Assembly (NCBI GenBank): GCA_030605415.1
Contig: JAUWIJ010000003.1
Location: forward strand, 4,441 to 68,440
Source: an archaeon
GTDB lineage: Archaea > Nanobdellota > Nanobdellia > Pacearchaeales > GW2011-AR1
Direction of reading: 5' to 3'
DNA length: 64,000 nt
In this document: positions 62,293-64,000 of the stretch, piece after piece
How the letters are laid out: each line of letters opens with the position of its first letter
Position numbering within the stretch: position 1 is the stretch's first letter
Position numbers and translations under genes: made by a program
Notes under the pieces: generated by a model
What the model saw: only the letters and a program-made list of their open reading frames with translations
Databases searched by the model: none
Told to the model about the DNA's origin: nothing

Positions 62293-62420
62293 CTAACCCC
62301 CTACTCTTAGTTGATAGTCTTTAGTTTGTAGTCAGTAGTCTCCCGCTTCCCCCGCCCCTAACTCCTAACCCCGACCAGCGAAGCGTCCGAACTCCGACCA
62401 CCGACCTCCTCGCCCCTATC
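62293..62420 (+). repeat. composite GC-rich mosaic element between tRNA-Ile and the next gene
   Basis: It contains TAGTTGATAGTC..TAGTTTGTAGTCAGTAGTC, CCCGCTTCCCCCGCCCCTAACTCCTAACC and CCGACCAGCGAAGCGTCCGAACTCCGACCACCGACC. Confidence 0.85.
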
Positions 62421-63030
62421 CCCTCAACTCAACAATTACTTTCTCTTTCTCAATATGATATTTAATCACTTCGACTTTTAACGGGATAAACTTCACATAG
62501 CATTTATCTTTCGAATACGCTTTGATTTCCAGTCCAGTAGCCAATTCCGTCAAAACAACATCTTCCTTTCTCTGAACTCCGGGCGCTTCAATCTCATAAA
62601 CAATTGTATCCGCAATTCTCCGAACTTTCGACTCAACCTCAACACTAGGCAGACCCACCCGTCTTTTAGCTTCTTCCTCTGAAACATTGGACAATATTTT
62701 TCTCCTCTGTGGAACCCCAGAAACAATCTGTCCCATCTGCGGAACGCCTCTCGCAATCTGAATCTTAATTCCCTTAGGTATTCCCTGACCATTACCAAAA
62801 TTAACACCATCCATCTGTTTCTCTAACTGCTTAACCAAAGAATTCATAATTTTCTCAACTCCAAATGGTAATTTCAATTCTTCCTGTACTCTCTCGTTAG
62901 AATCATCCTGTCCCAACATTCCAAAATCTTTTTGTTCCTGCTCCACCTTAAATGAACTCCCACAATACGGACAATAACTAAATTGACGCTCGATTTTTTT
63001 CGCACATGACGGACACTTTCTTTTAAACAT
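62416..63030 (-). CDS. zinc-ribbon protein with a C-terminal HSP20/alpha-crystallin-like domain
   Basis: CPSCAKK..CPYCG is at the N-terminus. The C-terminal YEIEAPGVQRKEDVVLTELATGLEIKAY...KVIVEL resembles the sHSP fold. Confidence 0.45.
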   Translation of the reverse strand: MFKRKCPSCAKKIERQFSYCPYCGSSFKVEQEQKDFGMLGQDDSNERVQEELKLPFGVEKIMNSLVKQLEKQMDGVNFGNGQGIPKGIKIQIARGVPQMGQIVSGVPQRRKILSNVSEEEAKRRVGLPSVEVESKVRRIADTIVYEIEAPGVQRKEDVVLTELATGLEIKAYSKDKCYVKFIPLKVEVIKYHIEKEKVIVELRG

Positions 63031-63054
63031 CCTTTACCAACGATTCCCTTCTAT

Positions 63055-63999
63055 TTAAACATAATGCTCTACCTTTTTAACAAGATGCTCTAAATTGTGA
63101 ACTTCCCGAACAACACCTCGCATCGGACTGAATTCCCTAATAAGATAATGAGATGAAAATTTCTTAACATGTCGAACTTCTTTCAAATATTTAATGCCAA
63201 ACATCGCTACAAAAAGTCGCCCAATTCCAGAAATTAAAAAGATGAACAACATTGTACTCATAAAAGAAATTCCAATCCATGCAACTATCGAACCGAGACA
63301 CGCCCCGATAAACGTACCGACACCAACAATCAAATTCATATAAGAAACTCCGAAACCTCTTTTTCTTTGACGCACCGCATCATAAACATAATTATTCACA
63401 GCCAAGTTATAACCAGCCCACGCAAAACCGCCAACAATCGAAGGCAGAAATAGTAAATATAATTTAATATTTAAATCCCCATCAATAAAACTAGAAGCAA
63501 TCCATAACAATGGCGTCGTAACAATAAGCCAAGAACAAACCCGAAGCAATTTAACATTTCCAAATCTATCAGAAAATTTCCCCAACAAAGGTAAAAATAT
63601 TAGTTGAAAAACAATTGAAGAAACAGTAATCAACATATACCAGATGTAAGAGAACTCAAGATTTCTCAGCATGTAAACCGCCCAAAACGGACCAGCAATT
63701 CCTACCGCAATGCTGAAAACTCCTCTAAACAATGTAAACCTTCCGAACGGAGTTAATGGAGCCATCTTCAAAAATTGCAAGAATGAAAACCCGTCCTTTT
63801 TTCGAACCTTTAATCTGGGTTCATATTGTCTCCTTAAAATCGTCCACGAATAAAATTTCGCCAACGCACCCAAAACAAATAAAATTCCAAATCCCAAAAG
63901 AATCCAACCCAAAACATCTCCCCCAGTACCCATCTTTTTTGTACAATCCAATATAACAGCACCAATAATCATAGTTACTATACCAAAAAATCCCATCAC
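63055..63999 (-). CDS. MFS-like membrane transporter (N-terminus may continue beyond the window)
   Basis: A multi-TM protein with LGKFSDRFGN, which resembles MFS motif A. The ORF starts 1 nt from the window edge. Confidence 0.5.
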   Translation of the reverse strand: MMGFFGIVTMIIGAVILDCTKKMGTGGDVLGWILLGFGILFVLGALAKFYSWTILRRQYEPRLKVRKKDGFSFLQFLKMAPLTPFGRFTLFRGVFSIAVGIAGPFWAVYMLRNLEFSYIWYMLITVSSIVFQLIFLPLLGKFSDRFGNVKLLRVCSWLIVTTPLLWIASSFIDGDLNIKLYLLFLPSIVGGFAWAGYNLAVNNYVYDAVRQRKRGFGVSYMNLIVGVGTFIGACLGSIVAWIGISFMSTMLFIFLISGIGRLFVAMFGIKYLKEVRHVKKFSSHYLIREFSPMRGVVREVHNLEHLVKKVEHYV

Positions 64000-64000
64000 C

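Overview
This is a visibly AT-rich archaeal chromosome segment. The archaeal call rests on TBP, MCM, aRF1, RpoK/RpoL, the exosome-proteasome superoperon, Cbf5, Pop5 and L15e/L31e/L39e/S19e. A DPANN-like small-genome origin is only an inference, from compact proteins and mostly leaderless-type promoters. Most genes are on the minus strand. In order, the window holds:

- a partial P-type ATPase and a 4-gene secreted-protein operon;
- rps2, eno and rpoK;
- rrp42-rrp41-rrp4, SBDS, psmA and Pop5;
- a large S8 protease, RNase J and glycosyltransferases;
- mre11-rad50, rpoL and radB;
- an overlapping xerA-topA pair with a dif-like palindrome;
- ValRS, an AbiE-type TA pair, aRF1, a serpin, ScpB and a processive GT2 synthase;
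- an RPA-like OB protein, MCM and Cbf5;
- L31e-L39e-S19e, TBP, DNA ligase and thioredoxin;
- a MazF-type TA cassette, a DUF5678/retropepsin pair, L15e and tRNA-Ile(GAU).

The unusual content is non-genic. A family of GC-rich mosaic elements, built largely from 7-nt tandem units, litters the intergenic DNA. These elements also sit in frame inside at least nine housekeeping genes (P-type ATPase, enolase, Pop5, a HemK-like methyltransferase, topoisomerase IA, DUF2334, Cbf5, DNA ligase, probably RPA).

Other notable observations:
- The DNA ligase carries a whole alpha/beta-hydrolase domain inserted next to one such repeat.
- The 3' ends of trxA and tRNA-Ile are each present in several partial copies that flank small inserted segments.
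- An isolated fragment matching the 23S rRNA GTPase-associated centre lies beside the tRNA array.

No CRISPR array and no complete rRNA gene were seen.
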